DNA of 60,789 nucleotides, filler included, from Platydemus manokwari (Eukaryota): NCBI GenBank assembly GCA_037951405.1. It is 6 parts of 6 records of this genome, joined end to end, with 100 filler letters (N's around TTAATTAATTAA, not from the genome) between each part and the next. Parts side by side here need not be neighbours in the genome. Positions count along the whole stretch, not along the records: positions 21,347 to 31,216 come from JBBMOY011194766.1; positions 31,317 to 40,554 come from JBBMOY011279095.1; positions 40,655 to 50,073 come from JBBMOY011251763.1; 3 more parts are not named here. One strand, 5' to 3'. Shown piece by piece: positions 27,601 to 40,907 of this stretch (position 1 is its first letter; each line of letters starts with the position of its first letter). The notes under the pieces were generated by a model. It saw only the letters and a program-made list of their open reading frames with translations, ran no database searches and was not told where the DNA came from. The position numbers and the translations under genes were made by a program.

Positions 27601-28651
27601 AGCTATTTATTCCCATTTTATTTGTATAAAAATTTCAATCCAAAAATAATGCATGCCGAGCTATTTTTGTCAAAATATTATCAACTTATAATTTTTAAAT
27701 AATATTTTAAGTATTTCGATTGATTATCAGACATTTCGGTTTTTGAACTTGTTATTTAAATATTTTCATGGCTGACTCAGTGCCGAAATAAGTACTTGGA
27801 ATTTTATTATGATTTATTGAAGTTGTTTTGTCTGGTAAAGTTTGGTAGTAATAATAATAATAATAATAATAATTTGTTTTATTATATCGGTGAAGTATTT
27901 TTAAGTCCACTTTAATAATCGTAGGATCATTTCTTATAGAGAGAGGTTAATATATTTTATATTGATCGAATATAGACACCGTTATAAGAATAGTTGACAA
28001 GCTTTTCGTCTCTATGGAAACCATAGTTTTATTTAAGAAAAAAATAGACAAAAATGTTTATCAAAACAAATGAAATGATTAATTGGCTAATAATTAATAA
28101 TAAAAATAATAATAACGCTATTGTGATTGCAGTCTACTTGAAATTATTTTGTTCATAAAGTGAAGATGACCTCATTTGATTATATCATGCAATCAAGATT
28201 ATTTTTATAAGATCCAATGATATTAAAACGTTATTAAGGAATGCAAAAAGTGTTACAGAATTCTGGTCAACATGGAATATTCCCGTCCACAGATGGGCAC
28301 GGAGGTTCGCTATTATCTTGCCACCAGCGATATCATTAATTTTATATTTATAGGCATATTTTTAAACCGCTCTTAAAGAGAAAATACAGCAAAACCACTG
28401 CTATTGTTGTTGTGTTTTTCATAAGTGCTTTTTTCCATGAATTTCTAATATCGGTACCACTGAGAATGTTTAGATTGTGGTCGTTTTCGGCAATGATCGG
28501 TCAGGTACCGTTTGCAATGCTCGTTTCGAAATATTTGGCCGGTCATCAAACGGGTAATTTTGCTGTTTGGATCTCTCTCATTATTGGGCAGCCATTAGCG
28601 ATCATGATGTATTTCCATGATTATTATGTACAAAATATGATAATATCATGA
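24685..28651 (+). CDS. DGAT1: Diacylglycerol O-acyltransferase 1 (MBOAT), last three exons (24685-24923, 28239-28304, 28354-28651); 5' part missing
   Basis: [61 protein letters not shown] (catalytic His) and [18 protein letters not shown]. Splice phases are consistent. Confidence 0.96.
27030..27480 (-). mobile_element. Possible decayed piggyBac-like transposase fragment in a DGAT1 intron
   Basis: Frameshifted [24 protein letters not shown] resembles the piggyBac GRxxFxQYxPxKPxKYGIK motif. Weak. Confidence 0.3.
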
Positions 28652-29198
28652 ATATTTTTGTTAATGATGAACAAGTATAGATTTTTGTGTGTGAAAAAAT
28701 ATATATAGGTTTTTTTGTCTGCAATTATTGGTTATTATTATTACTATTAAATTGTATAAGTAGTATCATGATAATCGTTGTTTAATGTTGTATTGTATTG
28801 ATGATATATCAATTTGAAACTGGAATATCAGAGTTGAAATCTATCTGACCCTGTCAACACGTGATATCCATTAATTTTGCACATGTACATTGAATGGATA
28901 AAAATGCTTAATTCGATTGAGATTATTTTCTGATGTTTTTGTTTTAATGATGATTTAATTTATTGGAAATTATTTTCTTTATGATAGCTTATTTTTATTT
29001 ATCTAATATATGATATGATTCAATATATTGCTTGCTGTCAGAACATTTAGTGATTGGTTTTGGGTAGAAAGAATAATAAATATTATTTGTTGATAATTGG
29101 ATTGATGTTTTGTTGGACGTTTAAATACTTGTGTTAGTTCGCTATATTTGAGGATGGTCCATGATCTTTCAATTCATTATTTGATTCATGATCTATAT

Positions 29199-29455
29199 CA
29201 CTGGTCTTCAAATGGGCGATTTTCGACACTAACGTATATTAAGACGAAATATCGATCAAATTTTAAAGATCTGGAATTGGTATTGCTACCAAAATAGAGC
29301 CAACAATATGCAAAATCATTGTTATTATTAATTATATTTTAGTTTTTTGGTATTAAAAAAATTATCAAAAAAAGTTACTTTATTTTAGTCCTATGGGTCG
29401 CAAAAAAAATTGGACTCAAAGTGTGTCGCAACACAAAAAAGTGTGAAGAATACTG
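29199..29455. mobile_element. hAT (Charlie-like) MITE
   Basis: TIRs CACTGGTCTTCA / TGAAGAATACTG and an 8-bp TSD ATCTATAT/ATCTATGT. Homologous to 53318-53557. Confidence 0.85.
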
Positions 29456-31216
29456 ATCTATGTTATCGTATCGCCTTCCGTAGATTTTAGAATTGTTTCC
29501 ATCAAGTTACTCATCATACTCCTCTGAACACGTCATTGACATATCGATTTATTTATCATTTGAAGCTTCTAATGAATTTCTAAAGTATTGATGCCTGAGC
29601 GGCTTGATAAATAATGAAGTAAAATCCTCGATTATAATTTGATTGACATCTCATTTGAATTTGGATGGATGTGTATTGGGATTTTTATTAGAAATCAATA
29701 TGTTCCATTTTATTAAATTGGAATTAATCTTATGGTAATAAATTCTAATGAATTATTACCATTCTTATATTTAGAAAGAGATGCCAAGTGGAATAGAAAT
29801 AAATCAGCTTATTGGAGATTTGGATCAAATTATACAGATTAAGAATAGTTCGATCTATTCCTATAGATATTTCAATTGTTTTCTCTAAGCCATGATTTTG
29901 ATTCTAAATTCTCTGCCATCAAATAGTTGAATTCAATTCATAATTCAAACTCATAGTTTTTTGTCTCAATAAATAAAGGATATTATATTTAGATTAAATC
30001 ACTTTTATAGGTTTGCCATTGAAAGCTAAATTATATTTGATTTCATATTTATTTATAAATATTCCATATGGTTGATTAATGATCCTTTAAATTTGAGCCA
30101 GTTTGAATTGTTATTCCAATTTTAATATATTAAACTCAACTTATCCGAATCCAAATACTTCACGTGAATTAAAATTGTTAGTCAAGTTTTGTCCTCTAAT
30201 ATTTTTGTGAGGTTCTTTTTAAAAATACGATAAATAAATATGATTTACATAAAATTTAAAGTATAAAAAATTGAATTATAGATATTTTAAAAATATTATA
30301 TTAAAAATAGATATATCGTAATGATATTTATACAATGATCTTGCTTAATAAAATAATGCTTTCCTCTAAATTTTAAAAAATAGTAAAATTACCGAAAGTA
30401 ATTTTAAATAAGAAATGAAGATGTAATATAAAAATGTGAGCATTTTTATTTTTAAAAAAGAAGATGTAATTGGAAATTGATGTATACATATTGTCTATCT
30501 TTTGATTTGAATATTAAAAACGAAGAAGTTTTAGGAACTAGCAATCCTTGAATCCATTAAATATCCGAACTCGATACTTATTCTCAAAAATTGAACCTCC
30601 ATTGTCATGATAAACTACATAAACTTTATCGTTTATTTAAACTACTGAAGTTCTCATTCCGGCTATTTATTTTTGAATATTATTAATAATTCTTAATTAT
30701 TTAATTTTAATAATTATGATAAACTTTTAAATTTAATTCGATCTATACTTCTTTCCTTATTAGACTCTAATTTTTAGACTCTAATATTTTATATTGTCTT
30801 TTATTGAATTTTTATTTGCCTGATGTTTTACTTTTATTTGTCTCTAAAATTTAAATTAATCATTATATTATATTTAACAATAAAAACATAACTCTAATAA
30901 TAATAATAATTATTATATTATTCATAAAAAATGTTTATTTTATTATCTTACATGATTTAAATAAATCTTGATTTAAATAAATAACACTGGCAAACTTAAA
31001 TCGACTTATCTAAAGTTAAAATACATTTCTGATATTTAATAAATATTTTTCCGAATTCTCAGATTCAATTTCTTAAAATTTTTAAATTGAGATTCCAAAT
31101 TAAAACCCGTTAATTATGGCCTGTCTGAAAATGTCTACTTGAATATCATATATGGAAACCCAATTAATTAATTATATTTAATTAATATTTAGATGACGAT
31201 TAAATTAAAATTTGTT

Positions 31217-31316
31217 NNNNNNNNNNNNNNNNNNNNNNNNNNNNNNNNNNNNNNNNNNNNTTAATTAATTAANNNNNNNNNNNNNNNNNNNNNNNNNNNN
31301 NNNNNNNNNNNNNNNN
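31217..31316. other. Artificial assembly linker
   Basis: 44N-TTAATTAATTAA-44N. Confidence 0.97.
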
Positions 31317-34300
31317 TGATTAAATAAATAAACACGTGGTGTTTGTTTAAATAATTGATTGGCGGTTTATTGTAGTTTTTCAAATAAATAAATATTATGA
31401 CGGAATGTGCTTATAACTTAACTATATGAAAGTGAACGGAATAGGAAAAACCACGAAAATTATAATTAGTGGGACAAATTAAAGAATAACTGGTAACAGT
31501 TAAGAAACATTTTAAAAAGTTGAATGGGACATTTCTAAATTACAGAGCCTAGAATTTCTCAGAAAATAGAGGAAATCAAGAAAGGATTTTAATGTGTATA
31601 AACAAAGATCAAGTAGATAATCTAAATAGAAATTGCGAATATTCGAAACTTGCCAAAGTACAAAAATCCAATAAAAAAGACATTTTGGTGTTTGACTATT
31701 TTGTATAACGAATGTTTTAGCAAATATGTTTGTTGGTATCTAAAAGAGTTAAATACTTCTGGCGATTTAAATTATTAATTAGAAAATGGTTATCAAAGTT
31801 ATTAAGGATTATGATTTCCTAAATTCATTGGCTGTTCACGGATGTAAAAAAATTGCTATTATGTTTCAATTTCAAATATTGTTGTCATTTTAGCAATGTT
31901 AATTTGTACTTCAAAAATCACAGTTAGAATTCATTCTCGAGATTTTCGATTGGAGTGATTTATCGTCGAAACTTGTCATTTTATGTTGTCACTGGGTCCC
32001 TGTTTTCAAGTGTTGTGAACTATCTTCTCACTATTGTTCTCTTTAATCGTCAACCCTTATCTATATGTGTATCGTGCTTTTTCTTCTTTCCTAATTTTTA
32101 TGAATTGACCGTTATTGGAATTCTCTTATTCTCTGTACGAATATAGCACCATTTACTCATGCTTTCTTCAACATTATGAATTAATCAGAGGTAAAAAGTT
32201 ATCAAATTCAATAAGTATATAAATCGAAAAATTAGTAAAAAAAAACCCCGCTATAAAAACCTGACGAAAAATATTTAGGGATATTTCAATTGAACATAGA
32301 TTCTGAAAAATATTAAGATTTTAATATTTGGAAGTTGAGAAGAAATTTTTTGCTAAACTATATAACAAATAATTCGCCAAAAGGATTCCACATTTTAGAT
32401 AGAAAATAATTTATTTAAAGCGCTAAAAGATTTAAACCAGTGCATGCAATTTCTACAAGTTCACAATACGCTTGTCTATAAAAATTAATCTTTATAATTT
32501 AAATCAATAAAATTTTTGTATGAATAATTTGTTATTTTGGTGTTTGAAATAAATTTAAAAGGAATAATAATTTGTCAATCGAAACTGGCAATCATTTTAA
32601 CATACATCAGTTGATAACTCAGGCTATTGTGTTTCAATAACAGCATTTAACAATATAATTCCAACGTTAAAATCTAGAGTAGCCACAGGTATTTCTTTCT
32701 CTTCTTTTTAATTTTCTTTTTAATTTTAGGCAAAATTTTATGGAAAGAAATAAATTACTAAATTAGTAAATTAATTAAATTGATTACAAGGGATTAGTTT
32801 TTCTGATTACACCTATGGAACATATTAGCTCCAGTTTCCAAAATGAATGGCTAGCCTCCCTGAATATGATTTTTAAACTACAATATAAAAGAGAATAGTC
32901 ATTTGGTATATCACAAATTAATGAAAAATTGTGATCACAGTCCTTTATTAATATTAAAGAACATTTTTTTGCAATGGGCGGCCAACATTAAAATACAAAC
33001 ACATGAAAAAATGAGAGACCTAATGTAAATATTACGGGAACACATAAGCTATTGAATCCTGTTTACGAGGACCATAAAAATAGTGATAATATTCAATTAT
33101 TATTAGGAGTAGCCACTATTTCAATAGAAAAATGTTATGTCCTGTTTTCGCTACAGAAACGTACTATTATTTCACTACCGTATTAACAGAATAACTGGTA
33201 ATATCTTAATTATCTTGTAATTATTTGGACAACTTAATTTTATGGAATTCTCTTAATATATTAATATTATTTCTGAAGGAGATAAAATGATCAAACTTCA
33301 TATCTGATTGACCAGATATTCATAAATATTATTCAGTACAATGTATACCATTCATGGCATTAACATTAAATAAAGCAGTATCCAATCCTCATCGTCCATC
33401 GAGATCTCCGGATTTCAAAACAAAATAAAATAGACTTATTCAAAAGCCGTTCTTGAAAACAAACTGTTATCAGAATTTATTCCAATTCGTGATTATTAAA
33501 AACTGAATCGATAAAGCAGTTGAATTCGGACCACAGCCATAGAAACATAAGCATTATATAAAAAAATATGTAAAGTTTTCATAATTAATTTAGTTAAAAA
33601 TAGAATAAAAAAGAATAAAAGAAATCTATGAATAAATCATGTTTAATAAAATAACAAAAAAGGATAAATAAAAATTCAAAAATAGCACTCATCAAATACA
33701 AAAATAGAAAATAATTGCAAGAAGTAAAAGAACAAGATTAAAAACGTGAATAAAATCGTGGAAAACTCGCAGAAAAAAATACATAAATTTATGGGCACAA
33801 CACTTCATTTCTCAAACCATGAAACTATAAATCGTTGATAGACTGATAAAATTTAATATTGAATTACTGACAAACATTACTTAAACTTGTTTACAATCAA
33901 TTCTTTATACCAAATTATTGATTCCGTTACAGAAAGTTAATTTATTTATTATTAATAATGATACCTTAGAATGAATCATAACCAATGGAAATGACGAAAT
34001 TGAAATCTTTTGCACTTCGTGCTTCACCAATTGTAACCAAACTAAGTTGACTGGTTATTGTTGATATTTATTGATTAAAACTATTATTTAAGTGTTTAGT
34101 GAATAAATTCTTTATTTCTAATCCGATATTTTTCAAATGATTGTTAACGCTTTAATAATAACTTCTTCGTATTACTTGCTCATTCTCAATAATAATTTAT
34201 AATTGTATTGTTATATTATTGAATTCAATTCCTTGCTCCTATATTTGAATTTTAACCGGTAATATCACCCATTGAGACAATGTGGACAACGAAACCGGTA

Positions 34301-34413
34301 ATATTATCAAATATATTTATCAAATTTATTGGGCAGAATCATTTGAATTTTATCAAATTCAGTAAAATAAAATAAGGAAATAATAAAAAATGAATTTATT
34401 GACGAAAGAATAT

Positions 34414-34710
34414 TTAGCATAATTTAATTTTAGAGAACTTATAAAGACTATTAAGACAATATTGAAAATATTCAGATTTGGTACCCTCAAATTGTAAGCA
34501 CCCTCTCCTTGTACAAGCTGCAATTTGTAAATCATTGTTGGTACTGCATACACAGTTATTGCAGCCATCACTGAATATTGTGGCATGCATATTTTTGCAA
34601 ATAAATTGTGCGTCGAAACACGGTAATTCAAATTGTTTGGTGTCTCCGCTGGGTTGGCCGAATACCAATGTCAGAGAAATTAAAGCGAATATATAATAGA
34701 TTACCAACAT
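34414..34710 (-). CDS. Secreted pacifastin-like (I19-type) Cys-rich peptide A, predicted P1 = Arg
   Basis: Hydrophobic signal peptide, then C-x6-C-x11-CNNCVC-x10-CTRRGC-x13-C, plus a ninth C-terminal Cys. Paralogous to 37288 and 37820. Confidence 0.85.
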   Translation of the reverse strand: MLVIYYIFALISLTLVFGQPSGDTKQFELPCFDAQFICKNMHATIFSDGCNNCVCSTNNDLQIAACTRRGCLQFEGTKSEYFQYCLNSLYKFSKIKLC

Positions 34711-37287
34711 TATGGGTTGATCTAAAATTGGAAAATATTATATAAGATTTGAATGAAAAATAATTAATCAATTTTATTTCTCCAAATAATCGAATATTTT
34801 CAAGTCTGAATATAAATATCAATGTTCTAATCTGTTTAAATATAAACTGCCATAATTAAGAAGAGAAGACAGGAAATAATTTACTTTATCTACTATGGAT
34901 TTTTGTAAATTATTACACTAAATGTCAAAATTGTTATGATAATAGATAATTAATGTAGATAAACAATCTCTGTGCAGGTTTTCTTTTGAAATCACATTAT
35001 TCGATTGACATCAAACACCATCAAATGGAACTGGATGTGTTAGCGATTTTGAATAAAAATAATCACTGAATTTTCTTTTTCAATATATTAATAGCATTGA
35101 TGCCAGTTAATTGTTAGTTCTGCAATATGTTTATATTATTATGTGTAAAAATAATGTTTTAAATTTTGTGTAATTCATTGTTTGAAAATTGTTGAATTTT
35201 AATTTTAAAAGTTTAAGCAAGTCAAATCATATTTATCTAGATATTCTTGTTTTAATTTTTTAAAATCTGCATGGATGAAATCTCCATTCAGAATGAAGTT
35301 GACATTAATATTTATGAAAATTGTTTATTCTTGAATTCTTATAGATTTATGATTTTCAATAATTTTATTTTTCACAGCATTTCTTTTTTACTATTTCAAT
35401 TCACATTGTTTTTATTTGTATTGTGAAGATTGAATGAATAATTTCGTTTCGATTTATAAACGAATTATATAATGAAATTAATGATCTATCGAATGACCAG
35501 TAGTTTGTTGAAATTTGGTTTAATTAATAAACTCTCAATGTTTGCATTATTATAATCATCATTAATAATATATATTTAAAATAATTATTATAGTTATTAT
35601 CGTTGCTACTATTTTTTATTAAATTAAATTCTTAATGTATTTCATAATTATAATCAATACAATTAAATGAGTATTAATATAAGATTTGTTATAATATAGC
35701 ATTTATGTAAATAATTATTAATTTATATAATTGAATTAATTAGAAGAAAAATATTTTTTTTGCTGATATAAAGCGTGTTTACATATATTAAAATAAAATA
35801 CCTGATTAAAGATATCTTTAGCTTGTTTTAAATTTATGAAAACGTTTGTTTCTAAAAAAAATTTAAAATTAAATAGAATATAGAAATAAAATATAAATAT
35901 CATAATAAATTTGTAATTAAAATTGTAATTTTTTGTTAAAAGAAAGGCGTTTCTAAAGAAATAAATTTGATTTTTCTTAGTTAATAAAATAATTAGTTTG
36001 TTTTGGTTGAAATTCTTCATTTTTTTGATGAATATATTGATGCCCATAATACGAACATTAACAAACAGTGTAACTATTTAATAAGTAATGATATATATAC
36101 ATCTCATCTCATGGTACAGATTTATGAGCATGGAATTCATGGTTCTCAGTTTGAGCCTTACTTTAATTATAATTACTCTCTAATCATTATGTTGTTTCAA
36201 AACAGTAAAACATTTGATCTGGAAACTTTCTCTATTTATCCTCATTTATAAAAGATTTTGAAATAGGTCATTGATTTTTATCATTCATGATTTAAACTTT
36301 TTATAGCTAATATTTAACAAAAATTCATTTGATATTTAGTATCATTTTATTATTAAGAAAATTTAACCATACGACCAAATATTGAACACAAGACACGAGG
36401 ATTTCATGGGTTTTTATATATTTATAACCGTTAATAGCCAAATGAGTCAATAACCATATCGGATAATGTGACTAGCTGGTAATTGTAGTAGGAAATATCT
36501 GTGGGCGAGTACGAACTGCTTTGAAAATATTAACAATTTATATAATACAGCAAATATGTACGAAGCAAATATAATCCAGTTATAATTACGGTTCTTCATA
36601 TCAATTTTGAGGAATATAACGCGTTTGCTGATAACGCAAATTGTTTCCTGTATTCATTCCATAATTGCTAACGATTTATATTTATTATCGCTATTATGTG
36701 ATCGTTTATAATCGAAAGTAAGTCCAGGTTTGAATATTTGAATATATCTATATTAAAATTGATTTTAATTTTATTAACTTCTTTCATCATCAGTTTTTGT
36801 TTGTAGTAACTATTTTATGACCACTCAAGTAAAATATGTTATCACGAAATGAATATCATTGAATTTAATAAAATTTTATTGGATAGCTTTGGATGATTTC
36901 TCTGTCGAAATATATTATAATTCAAGTTGAACTTATGTGAAAACATTGAATGTGATGTTGAATATAACATAATAAGCTACTATTTATTTACTGGTTAGCC
37001 TTCCAATGTTATCAAGAAATGTCTGTCATCATTTTTTAGCAAATTTCATTGGACGACATTAAATGATTTGTACATTTAGAAATATATTATCTAAAATATT
37101 TTAAAATTTTTTCGGCCTATTTCTAAATTGAACTTCTAATTCTATGGATACAGGAATTGTTATCTCATATAAAATCATGATTATTATCATAATTAAATCA
37201 TTTTTAATTCGTCAATATTTGATTCCATTCAAAATATTTCTATTTGCAGATTTGTGACAGTAACTACTGAATTAATAAGTAATAACA

Positions 37288-37572
37288 ATGTTAGTTCCAA
37301 TTTATATTGTATTTGGTTTGGTCCAATTGGTATTCTGCTATCCTGCTGAGAAAAATATCTTCCTATCCATTGATTGTATTAAACCAAGAGAAATCTGTAC
37401 AAATATCAAGAGCAGAAGATCATTTTATGATGGATGTAATTCGTGTACTTGCATCCCTGACTCTCAATATGCATTCTGTACATTAAGAGGTTGTCAGCCT
37501 TATGACAGTACACGATCCGATCATGTTGAATACTGTGAAGGAGTTAGAAAGCAAATCAAACAATATAAATAA
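37288..37572 (+). CDS. Secreted pacifastin-like Cys-rich peptide B, predicted P1 = Leu
   Basis: Signal peptide, then C-x6-C-x12-CNSCTC-x8-CTLRGC-x13-C. AATAAA follows shortly after the stop. Confidence 0.87.
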   Translation: MLVPIYIVFGLVQLVFCYPAEKNIFLSIDCIKPREICTNIKSRRSFYDGCNSCTCIPDSQYAFCTLRGCQPYDSTRSDHVEYCEGVRKQIKQYK

Positions 37573-37819
37573 TCAGTGTTTGACAATGTTCACAATAAAT
37601 ATAAATGATTGATTTTGTTCATTTTTAAAATGCTTTTAACGTCAATATTAAACAGATTGTTTCAGTTAGATCAGTTATAAATTACATGAGATAATGGTTT
37701 CAAACGACATGATATCAAATATTATCATTCTGGTCCGTTTAAATGAATTAATTCGAAATTTAAAATTGATAACTTATTTATGCTGTGAATAATTTGATTG
37801 TATTGTAGATTATATTGAG

Positions 37820-38089
37820 ATGTTATTATTGATCCCAATGTATGTTATGTGCCTTCTTCGATTAGGGGCGTGTACTGCATCTGTTGAAAAGAAAAAATTT
37901 TCTGCTGAATGTTTTAGAGCAAATGTAGTCTGCGAAAATTACAAATCGATACAACCATCTTTTTATGATGGGTGTAATTATTGTTCATGCTCTGAAGGAT
38001 GTACGTTAAGGTATTGTTTTCCGAGATACGAGACACAAGCAGAACACGACAAACGTTGTGCAAATTTATGGCTTCAATTTCAAAAATAA
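37820..38089 (+). CDS. Secreted pacifastin-like Cys-rich peptide C, predicted P1 = Leu
   Basis: Signal peptide, then C-x6-C-x13-CNYCSC-x3-CTLRYC-x13-C. AATAAA follows shortly after the stop. Confidence 0.87.
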   Translation: MLLLIPMYVMCLLRLGACTASVEKKKFSAECFRANVVCENYKSIQPSFYDGCNYCSCSEGCTLRYCFPRYETQAEHDKRCANLWLQFQK

Positions 38090-38541
38090 GCAGAATAACA
38101 CATAAATAAAATTTACAATTAATATTTGATTTGATCGACTTCATTTATTTTTCTCTGATGATATTTCCGAATAATATCATATGGAAATTATTATTTGTTA
38201 ACAAATATATTTATTAATCAAAACATGTTTTAACAATTGTTTAAAAAATAATATTGTTTTAATGGATTGTTTATGAAAATTAAAAAAAAATGCTTAATTC
38301 AAATTTTGAAAATCGGAATATTTTATTAAAATTTAATTAAAATAAAATAGAATATTTATTTAAAATGATTTATAATTGTTATTATAACGAATTTAGAGGA
38401 TGACGAATCAATTAATGTATGAGCCCACTTGTTCATTAAAATGTTTAGTTAAACGAATTCAGAAGACTGTCAATTAAATAGATTAACTTTTATTGGAATA
38501 ATTTAAAAAATTTTAAATGTCAAATTTAATGTTTTATAATT

Positions 38542-39600
38542 ATCTCAAGAATTGCCAACACAACAAAATGTTTAAAATTTTCAAGTTGTGTACATTCAAT
38601 GAATTAACAGCAGAGGCATTACCTCTTTCCATCTTTGCTACACTACTTAACCATAGTAATATTGTTGGCATTGCTGTTAATATCGATAATATAACATTGG
38701 ACCTTTAATCTTTATAATCATGTTTATTTTCAAGTATGATGCTTAAATACTTTTTAATAACTCGATTGGATCAGAATTATAATCAATCGGAATTATAAAC
38801 CACTGAGCAAAATATATTTGAATATCTTATATCAAGAAATTATATTGCTTCTACATATTGATTATCAAATTGCTGTCTAGATAGCAAGTTTATAAATATG
38901 ATTAGCTAGTTCCAGTTAATCTTCAATTGAAATATTGAATTTGAAGGATATTTATGAGATGGTTTGTGATTGTTTCAAATATCACATCAAGCTGATATTT
39001 TGGACTTAAATCATTATTTAAAGGTATTCAAGAAGAGGATCATTATTTACCGTCTGAATTCTTGTTTAGAAAACAATTCCCAAGATTAATAGTTGTCAGA
39101 ATATTTTCTTTTCATAATTGATTTAATCGAATCTTTAAAATTAATCGACATTCCAGTTAGGATTGACTTCATTGGTCTGATAAGTCTATCTCTGGAACGT
39201 ATTTGATGTTGACGATTGACTTGAAAATTTCCATTTATGCCTGAAGAAACTTCATAATTGATATACACAATTAGAACAGTATTTTGAACAAGTTCATCTT
39301 CAATAATCGATACAGTCTCTGACAACTCAATGATAATTTTATAATTTCTTTAAAATTTTAGGCGCCTAAAAAGAAATCAAAATACAATTTAAATAAGGAA
39401 CTCAATCCTAACGTCGTTCATTAGTGGAAATTAAGTCGTTAAATTTAGGATGAAAATAAAAATCAACAGGGCCAACAATTTTTCATAATTTTTTCCAGTT
39501 ATTTTTTCAATGGGCAATCTAATATTCAACGAAGAAGTCTTCAATCACCTCATATGCATGCACATATTATGGATCAATAAATGGTATCATGCTTCTTGTA
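38542..39600 (-). mobile_element. Decayed hAT transposase
   Basis: Interrupted frames include MSINFKDSIKSIMKRKYSD (cf. IPFLDSII..L..RF) and ILSILTAMPT..LWLSSVAKMER..SLNVH (hAT dimerisation-domain-like). Many stops. Confidence 0.5.
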
Positions 39601-40554
39601 GAATTTTTAGAATGTGATTCTTTTTATCATTAACTCAGTAAGATCTTCTTCTACCAATCGCATTCACAAACATTGATCAAAAAGTTTCAGATATTTATTA
39701 TATATATAATGTTAGATAAGTGTTTATCAAATTGTTCTATTAGTCGTTTACAGCTTTTTTACATAGCTTGTGTTTCGTTGCGATCATAACAACCCTTCAT
39801 TGTACATCAATCATAAAATGTTATGGTCTTCTATTTTTGACACACTTCATCTGGTGTGAAACATTTAGTAAAAATAACGAGCTCATTGTCCTTCTATTGA
39901 TAAATATAGATAATATCATAAAGCTCAAAAAATTTTCATTTGATCTAAAGAACTTGGCGTTAGTAAAACAAATTTATATATTTTAATGTGGTTACAGTGA
40001 TAAAGCTTCAATTAAATAATAGTCAAGGAGTACAGTCAATTTAAACAGGACCCTGACATTTCAATGAATTCCGCTTTTCATTCTTTCTAAAAATATTGGC
40101 TTTTAAAAGAAAAAATCAATTTATTTTGAATAGATTTTGAAATGAGAAAATTCTCTCCCAGATTCAACTATCAATTCTACAATGGATTTGTGTCTTATGA
40201 TCCAATGGGAAATTATTTTTGTGATAAAATATTATTTTTTATTATATATGTTGGGGTTCTGGCCTTACATTTAATCCATAACAATTAACTTACATTGGAA
40301 AATATATTTGTATGACAATACATATGAAATGTGTATTAATTTTTATTGTATCAATTTTTATTTCATCAGCATGTATTTTTACGTTTTCTACAATTCTTGA
40401 ATTTTTGAGCAACAACTACTCTGAAATATTGATATTTATAATGATAATTATTTTTATATATGTAAAATAATAATACCAATAGTAAAAAGACAACTCGTTT
40501 CCATCAATGTTTTATTATATTTCAAAATTACACCGTTAGTTTTTTCTAATATTT

Positions 40555-40654
40555 NNNNNNNNNNNNNNNNNNNNNNNNNNNNNNNNNNNNNNNNNNNNTT
40601 AATTAATTAANNNNNNNNNNNNNNNNNNNNNNNNNNNNNNNNNNNNNNNNNNNN
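40555..40654. other. Artificial assembly linker
   Basis: 44N-TTAATTAATTAA-44N. Confidence 0.97.
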
Positions 40655-40907
40655 ATGATTTTTATATAATTCAATTCAAAAATAATTAGTTCCATTTTCT
40701 TCAAAACCAAATCAAATCCAATTGAAAAATATCTATTGGTATTGTCATTAGAATCAATGGAAATATTGGTTGACGATGAATATCACAAATATATTTCAAA
40801 AATATTATTATTTTTTTATCATTAAAAATGTATGAGAATAAAGATAATCTCAAATATCAGCCAATAATATTGTTATAATATATTATTGATTATATTATTA
40901 TTGTTAG

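Noticed and set aside
17999-28651. Apparent metabolic cluster (PKA-R, IDE, DGAT1) with IDE-DGAT1 head-to-head
   Set aside because: IDE and DGAT1 are separated by an artificial linker and both lack their 5' halves, so the adjacency is unproven.
32780-34060. Search for a fourth pacifastin-like copy or other exons next to the cluster
   Set aside because: No DGCNxCxC or CTxRxC motif seen on either strand, and the short open frames lack consistent splice phases.
34359-34822. Alternative-frame and antisense ORFs over peptide A (also 37914-38144 over C, 14709-14921 over PKA-R, 55086-55403 over the GPCR, 17153-17338)
   Set aside because: Shadows of genuine coding sequence with no independent features.
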